NCBI GenBank assembly: GCA_964521215.1
Contig: CAZFRD010000002.1
Span: forward strand, 10,798 to 74,797
DNA: 64,000 bases
Source: an uncultured Pseudomonadales bacterium
Lineage (GTDB): Bacteria; Patescibacteriota; Microgenomatia; UBA1400; PJMF01
Direction of reading: 5' to 3'
Shown piece by piece: positions 47,901 to 55,849 of the stretch (its first letter is position 1; the number at the start of each line of letters is the position of its first letter). Under the pieces are notes generated by a model, which saw nothing but the letters and a program-made list of their open reading frames with translations, did no database searches and had not been told where the DNA came from. Made by a program: the position numbers and the translations under genes.

Positions 47901-49046
47901 GCTTCTTCTGCCGCCACCTCCGTTGCCACCCAAGCTCCTTTTCTTGGCAGTCTGGCTGGCATCCCAGTCTTAGCCTTAATCCCCGCCCTATCAATGCTGT
48001 CGCTGGCTGGGATCACGCTTTACACTTTGTTTGTAATTTTTTCCGCTTTCCTCGCCCCTCTACCCGTGGGCAACCTCGGTGGTGTCAACACCACTAAATC
48101 TGAATATGCGGTGCTGACAAAACTGGCATCACCGGGGTCACTATCAAACAACACGACCGCCAACGTCAACTACAAAATTATCTTGCAACCTAGAAGGAAT
48201 TATTCGCTCAAAGTAACCGCTGTGACCGATAGCGCCAACACTGGCTTCAACTTTCAATCTAATCGCTCAGGCAAAATTAATCCCCAAGTTTCACCACCCG
48301 CCAGCTTGCTCAATCCTCGTATTTCTTTGGCAGACTTTTCTCCCGATTTTTTTGGTCAGACCCAACTAAAAGAATATAGTGTCACCTTCTCTGGGGGCAA
48401 GGACGTGCTGGTTAGTAACGTGATAAAAATTACCTACGATGTCCAGGATGCTCAAGGCAATTCCATTGCCACTAACCAAACGATTGACGCCATCGCCAAT
48501 GTGTCCATTGGCGACCATGGCGTATTTTGCTGGCCCACAACGGGAGAAATAATCCAGTTGCCAGGGGGCAGTTTTTCACACAATAACTCTGACGCATTTG
48601 ATATTTCAGCTCCAAAAACCAACAAGGTCTACACCCCATTTGCTGGCTGGGCTCAAAAGGGCGATATGGGTAATAGTGATTATGGCAAATACGTAGTAGT
48701 TGACTCATATGTGCAAGGAAGGTGGATCAGAATTATTTACGCTCACTTAAGTAGCGCTGCGGTGGGTACTCCCACAGCCCACACGTGGCTTAATATAGCC
48801 TACAACCATGACGACAACCAAGCGAACAACATTGGTCAACAAGTTGGCGCTGGTCAACTAATTGGCGCAGTCGGCTCCACTGGCAACTCTACAGGACCAC
48901 ACCTTCATTATGAGCTCATATATATTAACGGCAGAAGACATACTTTCGGAAGTGGATTCAGCCTTATTAACTTAGTGCCTCCAAGACCTGCGGGGGGCAA
49001 ATACAGAGTAGGAGATTATGTTAAAACCTGTTATCCATTTAATTAA
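44916..49046 (+). CDS. Giant bitopic protein with C-terminal peptidase M23 (LytM) domain; PrgK/VirB1-like peptidoglycan hydrolase candidate
   Basis: 1376 aa. The first ~870 aa are helical and soluble. Two Gly-rich hydrophobic segments follow (IALLGGIVVGGGVAIGLLL...GALAGGTVGAALGPLGVILGAGIGGYLGY), then an Ala/Ser/Thr-rich linker. The C-terminus carries the M23 motifs (GDHGVF..., AVGSTGNSTGPHLHYELI). A TATAAT lies 7 nt before the ATG. Confidence 0.75.
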   Translation: MADDSSEKTISQPKRLVSGFALNNLAHRQWLAVFLAGLQEALFKENKLVENLKIPVWFGSKPSWVILTTTDAKRDLDDPARDEKSLFPTDIVYLIVDLAIRLDVPRKEIEYYLSNATRDGDLFIESTVLDTQTITELKTLVDEIGKKLELVTKQEDKQKEEEAPPTLEKGPAEAVKPVAPPQKGVTTAGVKPTPTEGGDQAETQVELPGAVAASTVISAQAAARTKRYEFAWIYNHFLFDLTGKYGIEPSDELRAQLQGIVSEHLGTISPDEMASFFANPTARLRAIQAIYQKLNLQDDFKQKLSNQYDTYLLTATDSQKQQFLQSNNFANGGLKIIENLQNFQLENNQSGVIKQAETTLAGLTGTAIDGPTALNFERAIEALALTMGSKTVATDLGLSYPENKADLETFIKKLSAKQIAQIFFPNPNKPDEVDDKILLAIEQNLSSIQNLLTATLLATSLEKLATAPNELKKLVGIAVFTDDDLKGDQTAIESAIVSVRTLTGAMPVTGKDDDVTPAITTSHTQQLMEQYQKRVQKIWASLEEESQLRAYYALFGLTEDPANHQVLLDKVQHLRIPGSNKLPWNPNLINLINWEDFLRKDYKENQRVAALRAKAAEGFTKNLSQLQLEQLQISHLLNELENGVVYAEGVAHKINQNEDIVDLEFRSVLNTLDLVTTRLDLLKSRKLAEDDEKFNVALNERVDNLSGRCTTVLSTLAGYNRLAGLLQNYQNLTLVETYQLSLEYEIPEILLYQVGDITQPGFNQQAELSDRVTADNLLDDPSSMSLGQLNAAARKSNELHPSRLDQINLANQNNQALNDLKNIVGGVGEIAAQSKGNWVAAAGLGIKKYLTDKEFRQSINRTAKRYAKKIALLGGIVVGGGVAIGLLLRHLLGMAGQWGGMLGGALAGGTVGAALGPLGVILGAGIGGYLGYNVGAKAAALNASSGAELLSPSSSAAQPIFQEEVLSSSPATFQSATSGTGMEATTPAAATASPVASSAATSVATQAPFLGSLAGIPVLALIPALSMLSLAGITLYTLFVIFSAFLAPLPVGNLGGVNTTKSEYAVLTKLASPGSLSNNTTANVNYKIILQPRRNYSLKVTAVTDSANTGFNFQSNRSGKINPQVSPPASLLNPRISLADFSPDFFGQTQLKEYSVTFSGGKDVLVSNVIKITYDVQDAQGNSIATNQTIDAIANVSIGDHGVFCWPTTGEIIQLPGGSFSHNNSDAFDISAPKTNKVYTPFAGWAQKGDMGNSDYGKYVVVDSYVQGRWIRIIYAHLSSAAVGTPTAHTWLNIAYNHDDNQANNIGQQVGAGQLIGAVGSTGNSTGPHLHYELIYINGRRHTFGSGFSLINLVPPRPAGGKYRVGDYVKTCYPFN

Positions 49047-49998
49047 CCAGCGCTCAAAAAAATCTTGGGTATTCTCTATCCTGCTTTTACTCGTGATGAT
49101 GGGCGTGGTGTTTACCCTCCTCACACCCAGCCAACAACCAACATCTGACCAAAATAAAAATTACGATGACACCTACTCAAGCTTTTCCAATGTCGGCTAC
49201 GTTGGGGGCACTTTGGTCATACCCGAAAATCTACCAGTGTACCAACAAGCAACTTGGGAAGATCCATTGCTACTCAAAAACCAATTTGTTGCCCAGTTCA
49301 ACCTGGCGGGTGATCCCGAAGATCCCACGCTTTGGCAAAACGAAAATTTGACGATCACGCAAATAGATGAGCCAACTCGCTATGTTTTGGAATATCTGCC
49401 AGACGAAGAGGAAGCAAGCAACCCAGCTCAAGTTCAACCCGCTAGTTACCCCGATCCCACCCAAATTGCCAACAGTTGGATTAATCAACATTTCACCACT
49501 TATTCACTCACGGCCGTAAGTTCGGAAGTTGAGTATCTAACCGGCGAGTATGAACTGGTAAAAACATCTAAATCGCTCACCACTTTGGTCAAAATTCCCT
49601 ACGCCCAAACTGCGGGCAACTACCCAGTCCAAACCGAATTAACCGATAGTTACCCGCTAATTCTTTGGGTCGACACACAGAAAAACTTGGTTAAAAAAGT
49701 AGTTTTTTACCCCACCTTGGTAACTTTCAAATCAGGAGAGGAACTGCCCACTATTAGTGTGGATGAGGCGGTAAAAAACATTAACTCGGAAAAGGAAGCG
49801 CGCATCATCAAATCTGATTTTACGCCCATTGAACCATATTCACTCGAACAAATTAAAAGTGGCAACCTAACCAGTGGCAAAATCGTTTACCGAGTGGCTT
49901 CCAACCAGTTGTTAAAACCCTTTTACTTCTTTAAAGGCAATTTAACCGACAGCAACAACATCGGATTTGAAGCTGAGATTGTGGTTCCCGCTATCTAA
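49018..49998 (+). CDS. Bitopic membrane protein (N-terminal signal anchor plus about 280-aa extracytoplasmic domain); VirB8/TcpC-like candidate by position
   Basis: RSKKSWVFSILLLLVMMGVVFTLLT anchor followed by a soluble domain. It sits between the hydrolase and the PrgI-like gene, as ConB/TcpC-type genes do in monoderm T4SS loci. This is a positional inference only. Confidence 0.35.
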   Translation: MLKPVIHLINQRSKKSWVFSILLLLVMMGVVFTLLTPSQQPTSDQNKNYDDTYSSFSNVGYVGGTLVIPENLPVYQQATWEDPLLLKNQFVAQFNLAGDPEDPTLWQNENLTITQIDEPTRYVLEYLPDEEEASNPAQVQPASYPDPTQIANSWINQHFTTYSLTAVSSEVEYLTGEYELVKTSKSLTTLVKIPYAQTAGNYPVQTELTDSYPLILWVDTQKNLVKKVVFYPTLVTFKSGEELPTISVDEAVKNINSEKEARIIKSDFTPIEPYSLEQIKSGNLTSGKIVYRVASNQLLKPFYFFKGNLTDSNNIGFEAEIVVPAI

Positions 49999-50052
49999 GC
50001 CTTCTCTGCTTGGGGTGTCTGCTGTTACAATCACATAGACCCACTGCCCACT

Positions 50053-51255
50053 ATGAAAGAACATCCGATTCCCCAAGATATTACTAACTACCGATTTCAC
50101 ATCGTGGGCAGTATGACCCTAAAGCAGTTTTTGGAAATTGGGGCGGGCATTGTGTTCGCCGCCATCTTGTACAAAACTGGTCTCCCCGTTTTCATTAAGT
50201 GGCCCGCCATCGTCATTTCGGCTCTCACGGGTGCGGCCGCCGCTTTCTTACCCATCGAGGAGCGGCCGCTAGACCACTGGATCACCACCTACATCCGAGT
50301 TTTGTACAAACCCACCCAATTTTTCTGGAAACGGGAACCAAAGATACCCGCGCTCTTTACCTTCACCGCCAACACCGCCAACAACAACGCCGAATCGGAA
50401 TTTGACCTCTCTCCAATTAAACGTGAAAGAATCAAAGAATATATGGCTTCGCTTCACCAACCAAGCTCTAAGGACAACCAATATGACACCGCCCAACAAG
50501 TAAAAATTGGCGAAATCATCGCCTCTTTTGCCGAAGTTGAACCCACTCACAAACCTACCATCAAAATCAATGTAGAAAAACCCGACCTCCAACCAAGGGT
50601 GAGGGCGCTAAGAAAGCCAGAAGATCACCCTGCGCCCAAACCCACTAGCGTTGCCCCAGAAGTGATTGTGCCGTTTTTATATCCCGAACCAGAAGCTCAG
50701 CCCGCCCCAATAACTCAAGAGATTTTACCCCAATCCGAATCTCGAGTTGGGGTGGCTACTCAACTTAAACCAGATCAGGTGGCCTACTCTATTCGCGTTC
50801 AAGACACACCCCTGGTTCAATTTGCGGAAGAAAAGGAAGAAGAGGAAATGCGAGAGAAATCACCCATCAAACTCCTCACTAACGAAGAACTCCAACAACA
50901 ACTCCAACCCACCCCCTCAACTAAAAAAGACGTTGTGGCCGCTAGTAGCTCCGCTACTTTCAACACCAACCTACCATTTCCCAATGTCCCCAGCGAACCG
51001 AACAAACTGGTTGGTATGGTGCTAACCCAAAATGGAGAATTAATTCCCGGCGCAGTTGTGGAGGTGCATAATGCTCATGGATCAATTGAACGAGCGGTCA
51101 AGTCCAATGCTTTGGGTCAATTTTTTATTACTACCCCACTAACCGCTGGTAAATACGTAATAAAAGTCGAGGCAGATGGCTATCAATTCCCCACCGCCGA
51201 ACTAGTGGTCAACAACTCGGTTTTGCAACCTCTCGAGTTGAGAGCCACCACCTAA
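50053..51255 (+). CDS. PrgI/TcpE-family (VirB3-like) membrane protein with long C-terminal extension ending in a carboxypeptidase-regulatory-like beta-sandwich domain
   Basis: The N-terminus IPQDITNYRFHIVGSMTLKQFLEIGAGIVFAAILY...FLPIEERPLDHWI matches the PrgI-family pattern, with two TM helices. A Pro/Glu-rich linker follows. The C-terminal segment GMVLTQNGELIPGAVVEVHN...LGQFFITTPLTAGKYVIKVEADGYQ resembles a CarboxypepD_reg domain. Confidence 0.55.
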   Translation: MKEHPIPQDITNYRFHIVGSMTLKQFLEIGAGIVFAAILYKTGLPVFIKWPAIVISALTGAAAAFLPIEERPLDHWITTYIRVLYKPTQFFWKREPKIPALFTFTANTANNNAESEFDLSPIKRERIKEYMASLHQPSSKDNQYDTAQQVKIGEIIASFAEVEPTHKPTIKINVEKPDLQPRVRALRKPEDHPAPKPTSVAPEVIVPFLYPEPEAQPAPITQEILPQSESRVGVATQLKPDQVAYSIRVQDTPLVQFAEEKEEEEMREKSPIKLLTNEELQQQLQPTPSTKKDVVAASSSATFNTNLPFPNVPSEPNKLVGMVLTQNGELIPGAVVEVHNAHGSIERAVKSNALGQFFITTPLTAGKYVIKVEADGYQFPTAELVVNNSVLQPLELRATT

Positions 51256-51306
51256 ACTCTACCCATTTTCTAAGTACCCTTGGTTATAGTATGCTAGCAT
51301 AGCCAA

Positions 51307-52179
51307 ATGCCCACCACCCAATCTACGACTACCACCCAACAATTTTTGGATATTTTCGACATTACCAACGATGTGTTAATTCTAAAAAATGGCACCTCAG
51401 CCATCATTCTCACAGTCGATGCCATGAACTTTGGTTTGCTGGCGGAAGAAGAACAAGACGCCATTATGTATGCCTATGCAGGGTTGCTCAATTCCCTCAA
51501 CTATCCCATTCAAATCGTGGTGCAGTCAAAAACCAAAGATGTCACTGGTTACCTCCGAAAGCTTTCGGAACAAGAAGAGAAAACCCAAGATGAAACCATG
51601 CGCAAACGCATTGCTCAATACCGCCTGTTTGTGACCAACCTCATTCATGAGCGCAACGTTTTAGACAAAAGATTTTACGTAGTCATTCCCGCCACCTCAA
51701 TAGAGATGGGTTTTTTGGGCGCCCAAACTTTTATTCCCGGCAAAGATGATTTTAATATTAGCGACGTCGAGCGCAGCGTGATTATCGAAAAAGCCACCAA
51801 CCTGCTCGAGCCCAAGCGCGACCACCTAATTAGTCAATTTGCGAGAATTGGGCTTTTTTCTCGACAACTCAACACCCAAGAAATTATTCAGTTGTTCTAC
51901 GTGAACTACAACCCCGAATCGACCGAGGGTCAAGAAATAGCCGAAAGCTCATCCTATACTAGCGGTCTCGTCCACGCAGACATGGGCACTGCTTACGGTG
52001 GTTCCGAGCCCATTCAAACTGAAACTACCGCGCCCCCAGTCCCAGACAGCTTACCAAACACAACTACTCAAGTTCCTTCACCTCAGCTAAACATACTCAA
52101 CCAACCAGTGGTTAAAACAGCCGGCGTCACCGCAGAACAAACCGTCTGGCCCCAACCAACTAACGAAAGTTATCAATAA
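51307..52179 (+). CDS. VirB4 N-terminal-domain-like protein (possible 5' fragment of a split virB4)
   Basis: ILKNGTSAIILTVDAMNFGLLAEEEQDAIMYAYAGLLNSLNYPIQIVVQSK resembles the extreme N-terminal region of monoderm VirB4/TrsE/ConE ATPases. The ORF stops 1 nt before the virB4 ATG in a different frame. Confidence 0.45.
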   Translation: MPTTQSTTTTQQFLDIFDITNDVLILKNGTSAIILTVDAMNFGLLAEEEQDAIMYAYAGLLNSLNYPIQIVVQSKTKDVTGYLRKLSEQEEKTQDETMRKRIAQYRLFVTNLIHERNVLDKRFYVVIPATSIEMGFLGAQTFIPGKDDFNISDVERSVIIEKATNLLEPKRDHLISQFARIGLFSRQLNTQEIIQLFYVNYNPESTEGQEIAESSSYTSGLVHADMGTAYGGSEPIQTETTAPPVPDSLPNTTTQVPSPQLNILNQPVVKTAGVTAEQTVWPQPTNESYQ

Positions 52180-52180
52180 T

Positions 52181-54079
52181 ATGCCCAAGCTTTCATCCCT
52201 CCTACCATTTGGCAAGAAAAAAACTCCCTCCGAGCAACCGCTGACCAAAGAACAACAGGAGTTAGAAAAAATCAAAAATTTTAGCCGAGGCTTAGTCACT
52301 ATCCAAGACATTATTGCCCCAGAAGCAATAGAAATCGATTTTACTTTTCAAAAAATCAACTCAACCTATACCCGCACGCTGTTTGTCGCTGGCTATCCCC
52401 GAAGCGTCCCCGCTAATTGGCTATCACCCCTGATTAACTACCCCCATCGCATCAGTACATCAATGTTTATCTACCCCGTAGATTCTTCAGAAATTCTCGA
52501 TAACTTAAAACGAAAAATTACAGAAATGGAAGCGGAAATTCAATCAGACTTAAGAGCGGGAAAAATCAGCAACATTAATACCGAGGTGAAGCTGGAAGAC
52601 GCCCGCTACCTAAGAGAGGATTTGGCCAAAGGCTCAGAACGCTTTTTCCAATTTGGTTTATATGTCACCATTACCGCAATTTCCAAAGAGGAATTAGACA
52701 GAGTCACCAAGGCAATCCAGTCATCGCTTGGGTCACTACTTATTGTGTCCAAAAAAGCCACCCTCCAGATGGATGAAGGCTTTAAAACCACCCTCCCCAT
52801 GGGCGTAGACAAACTATTGGTGACGAGAAACATGGACACCACTTCTCTGGCCACCACCTTTCCCTTCACCTCCAGCGAGTTGACTCAAGAAAACGGCATT
52901 ATGTATGGTATCAACGAACACAATGATTCATTAGTCATTTTTGACCGATTTTCAATGGAAAATGCCAATATGTTAATTTTCGCTAAATCTGGTGCTGGTA
53001 AATCATTTACCGTCAAACTTGAGGTGTTACGCCAACTGATGTTTGGCACCGAGGCTATTATTCTTGATCCCGAACATGAATATGAGGAAATGTGTCGGGC
53101 AGTCAATGGCGAATACATCAACTTCACCTTCGGTTCTCAGGCTAAAATTAATCCGTTTGACCTATCCTCTCTCTATGAAGAGGGTGAAAACGAGTTGGGC
53201 CAAAAAATTATTTCGCTCCACGGCCTGCTCAAAGTGATGTTGGGCGCCATGACCCCCCAACAAGATGCGTTGTTGGACAGAGCCTTGGTAGCCGCTTATA
53301 AAGCCAAAGGCATTACTCCAGATCCTTCAACCCAGACCAATGAACCACCACTAATGGAGGACTTATATAAAGCCCTCATTGGTATGGAAAACAAAGAGGC
53401 AGACGATATTAGCGCTCGCCTGGAGAAATTTATCACTGGTTCATTTAGAGGCATTTTTGACCAAGGCTCAAACATTGATATCACTAACCCTCTCACAGTT
53501 TTTTCGGTCAAGGAAATGGAGGAAGGACTTCGTCCGATAGCGATGTATATTATCCTCGACTTTATTTGGACGAGAGTGAAAAAAAATCTCAAAAAAAGGA
53601 TCCTAATAATTGATGAGGCCTGGTACTTCATGAAGCACCCGGACTCCGCTTCTTTTATTCATTCAATGGTCAAAAGAGCTCGTAAGTACTTCTTGGGCAT
53701 TACCACTATTACTCAAGACGTTGAGGATTTTTTACACAACGACTTTGGCAAAGCCATTGTGTCTAATGCTTCAATTCAATTTTTGATGAAACAATCAACC
53801 GCCTCTATTCCCGTTTTGGCGGAAACATTCTACTTATCCCAAGGCGAGCGCCAGCTCTTAGTGACCGCCGATATTGGAGAGGGCATCTTCTTTGCTGGCC
53901 AAAACCACGTAGCTCTGAGGGTGGTGGCTAGCCCAGAGGAACACTCCCTAATTACCACCAACCCGGAGGAGCTATTACAAAAACGAGAGCAGCAAGTCGC
54001 CAGCGTGGTCAACAACGCTGTGTTTACGGGCTCTACCATTGCTGATTACGCTCCTCCCCCTCAAAATACTCAGGGATGA
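52181..54079 (+). CDS. virB4: VirB4/TrsE/PrgJ-family T4SS ATPase
   Basis: The N-terminal region IAPEAIEIDFTFQKINSTYTRTLFVAGYPRSVPANWLSPL is a monoderm VirB4 hallmark. Walker A FAKSGAGKSF, Walker B ILIIDEAWYFM, and C-terminal motifs. 632 aa. Confidence 0.8.
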   Translation: MPKLSSLLPFGKKKTPSEQPLTKEQQELEKIKNFSRGLVTIQDIIAPEAIEIDFTFQKINSTYTRTLFVAGYPRSVPANWLSPLINYPHRISTSMFIYPVDSSEILDNLKRKITEMEAEIQSDLRAGKISNINTEVKLEDARYLREDLAKGSERFFQFGLYVTITAISKEELDRVTKAIQSSLGSLLIVSKKATLQMDEGFKTTLPMGVDKLLVTRNMDTTSLATTFPFTSSELTQENGIMYGINEHNDSLVIFDRFSMENANMLIFAKSGAGKSFTVKLEVLRQLMFGTEAIILDPEHEYEEMCRAVNGEYINFTFGSQAKINPFDLSSLYEEGENELGQKIISLHGLLKVMLGAMTPQQDALLDRALVAAYKAKGITPDPSTQTNEPPLMEDLYKALIGMENKEADDISARLEKFITGSFRGIFDQGSNIDITNPLTVFSVKEMEEGLRPIAMYIILDFIWTRVKKNLKKRILIIDEAWYFMKHPDSASFIHSMVKRARKYFLGITTITQDVEDFLHNDFGKAIVSNASIQFLMKQSTASIPVLAETFYLSQGERQLLVTADIGEGIFFAGQNHVALRVVASPEEHSLITTNPEELLQKREQQVASVVNNAVFTGSTIADYAPPPQNTQG

Positions 54080-54160
54080 GGCTATTTATCAGTGTATTTT
54101 TCCCCTTGCAGAGTGTGGGAAACTTTGTGTATAACTTCCAAGTATATTTGGGGTGGAAAT

Positions 54161-55627
54161 ATGTCCTTACAATCTTTTTCCAAAGACGAGGTGTCTTTAG
54201 TTTGGAACAAAACCTGTTCCAAACTTGAGGGGCAACTCTCGCCGGCGGTGTATAACACCTGGATTTTAGCCAATCCCCTCACCCAAGTGGTGGATCAAAA
54301 TTCCACCCTCATTGCTACCATCACTAGTCCGACCGCTTTTCACGCCACCAACTTAAAAAGAAATCTCAACCAACAACTCACTACCGCTCTTTCCCAAGTC
54401 GTTGGCAAAGAAGTGATTGTCCAGTACGAGGTGGGTAGCGCTCAAGAAAGCCAGGGGGCTGAGCGCAACTCTTGGTCGACAATAAAAACCAACGTGGGAG
54501 GTAACTCATTCAACCCGGGGGACACCAAGTCTCCGTTGGTGGCCGATTTGTTCTCTGATACCACCATTAAACAGTCGGAGGTAGATCGATCGCAGTTTAG
54601 AGCCAAACAAATCGGCCTCAACCCCGACTTTATTTTTGCTTCATTCGCCGTTTCTTCGAGTAACGAAATGGCTCATGCGGCCGCCATCGCTGTCTCCAAA
54701 AACCCCGGCGGCTCATATAACCCACTTTTCCTCTATGGGTCGGTGGGTGTGGGCAAAACCCACCTCATGCACGCCATCGGCAACAATCTCGTGGCCCAAA
54801 ATCCCAACGTCAATTTGCTTTACTGTACGGGCGAAGAGTTTACCAATGAAATCGTCCACGCTATTCAAACCAAGCAGGCGGCTAATTTTAAAAAACGTTT
54901 TCGCACCGCCCAAGTTTTACTCATCGACGACATTCAGTTTATTGCGGGCAAAAACACGGTTCAAGAAGAGTTTTTTCACACTTTTAACGCTCTAATTCAA
55001 CAACGTAGTCAAGTGATTCTCGCCTCCGATAGACCACCACAGAATATTTCTCTCCTCGAAGACAGATTGCGCTCTCGCTTTGAAGCCGGACTAATGATAG
55101 ACATTGGTCAACCCACCTTCGAACTAAGAACTGCCATCTTACTGCTCAAGGCAGAACAAGCTCACCTCAACTTTCCCATCGAGTTAGCCAAACAAGTTGC
55201 TGAAGTGATTACTAGCGCCCGAAAAATTGAGGGTTTCATCACCAATATTCGCTCAGAGATCGAGTTAAAACACAGAGAATTAAATGAGGAATTAATTCTC
55301 TCCCTCATTAATCAAGGTGGTGGTGACAAAACCCCCAAATTACTCATCAATCCGTCCGACGTAATCAAGGAGGTAGCTCATTTTTATCAACTCAAACAGT
55401 CTGAGATAAAGGGCAAGCAAAGAATTAAACATCTGGTGGATGCCCGCCATTTAGCCATGTACATTATGAAGGAGGACCTTCAACTTTCTTTGGTGGAAAT
55501 TGGTCGCTGGTTCGCTGGTAGAGATCATACAAGTGTGATCCATGCGGTGCGCAAGGTGACTAAAGACTTGGCGTTTAATTCCAGGCTTCAGCAAGAATTG
55601 CAACAGATAAAAAGTAGGTTGATTTAA
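54161..55627 (+). CDS. dnaA: Chromosomal replication initiator protein DnaA
   Basis: Walker A GSVGVGKTHLMHAIGN, Walker B LLIDDIQFIAGK, sensor and box VII regions, and the C-terminal DNA-binding signature DHTSVIHAVRKV. Start chosen at the ATG at 54161 (GGTGGAAAT-ATG) rather than the GTG at 54092. Confidence 0.9.
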   Translation: MSLQSFSKDEVSLVWNKTCSKLEGQLSPAVYNTWILANPLTQVVDQNSTLIATITSPTAFHATNLKRNLNQQLTTALSQVVGKEVIVQYEVGSAQESQGAERNSWSTIKTNVGGNSFNPGDTKSPLVADLFSDTTIKQSEVDRSQFRAKQIGLNPDFIFASFAVSSSNEMAHAAAIAVSKNPGGSYNPLFLYGSVGVGKTHLMHAIGNNLVAQNPNVNLLYCTGEEFTNEIVHAIQTKQAANFKKRFRTAQVLLIDDIQFIAGKNTVQEEFFHTFNALIQQRSQVILASDRPPQNISLLEDRLRSRFEAGLMIDIGQPTFELRTAILLLKAEQAHLNFPIELAKQVAEVITSARKIEGFITNIRSEIELKHRELNEELILSLINQGGGDKTPKLLINPSDVIKEVAHFYQLKQSEIKGKQRIKHLVDARHLAMYIMKEDLQLSLVEIGRWFAGRDHTSVIHAVRKVTKDLAFNSRLQQELQQIKSRLI

Positions 55628-55849
55628 GTTGTGAAAAAGTGGTTGAAAAATCCGACAGTCGCTCTGAATAAATTTAACGCTTTGTGAACTGGTGGTAAAT
55701 TAAAGAAAAAATGTTAGTATGTGAGATAAGTTATTCACAAAGCTTACAAGAGAAAATACTCACTTATTATCCACATGCTCCCACATGATGAAAAATAACC
55801 AGTTTTACACAATTATCACCCTGCCTACTAGAACAACTATTATTTCTCT
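55628..55849. other. Putative oriC: AT-rich dnaA-dnaN intergenic region with DnaA boxes
   Basis: A perfect TTATCCACA lies at about 55767-55775 and a 1-mismatch TTATTCACA at about 55731-55739. The spacer between dnaA and dnaN is AT-rich. Confidence 0.6.
55767..55775 (+). promoter_or_regulatory. Consensus DnaA box TTATCCACA
   Basis: Exact 9-mer match in the dnaA-dnaN spacer. Confidence 0.65.

Noticed and set aside
54092-54160. dnaA start at the GTG at 54092 (track ORF)
   Set aside because: The ATG at 54161 is preceded by a GGTGGAAAT spacer. The extra 23 residues (MYFSPCRVWETLCITSKYIWGGN) do not resemble DnaA N-termini.
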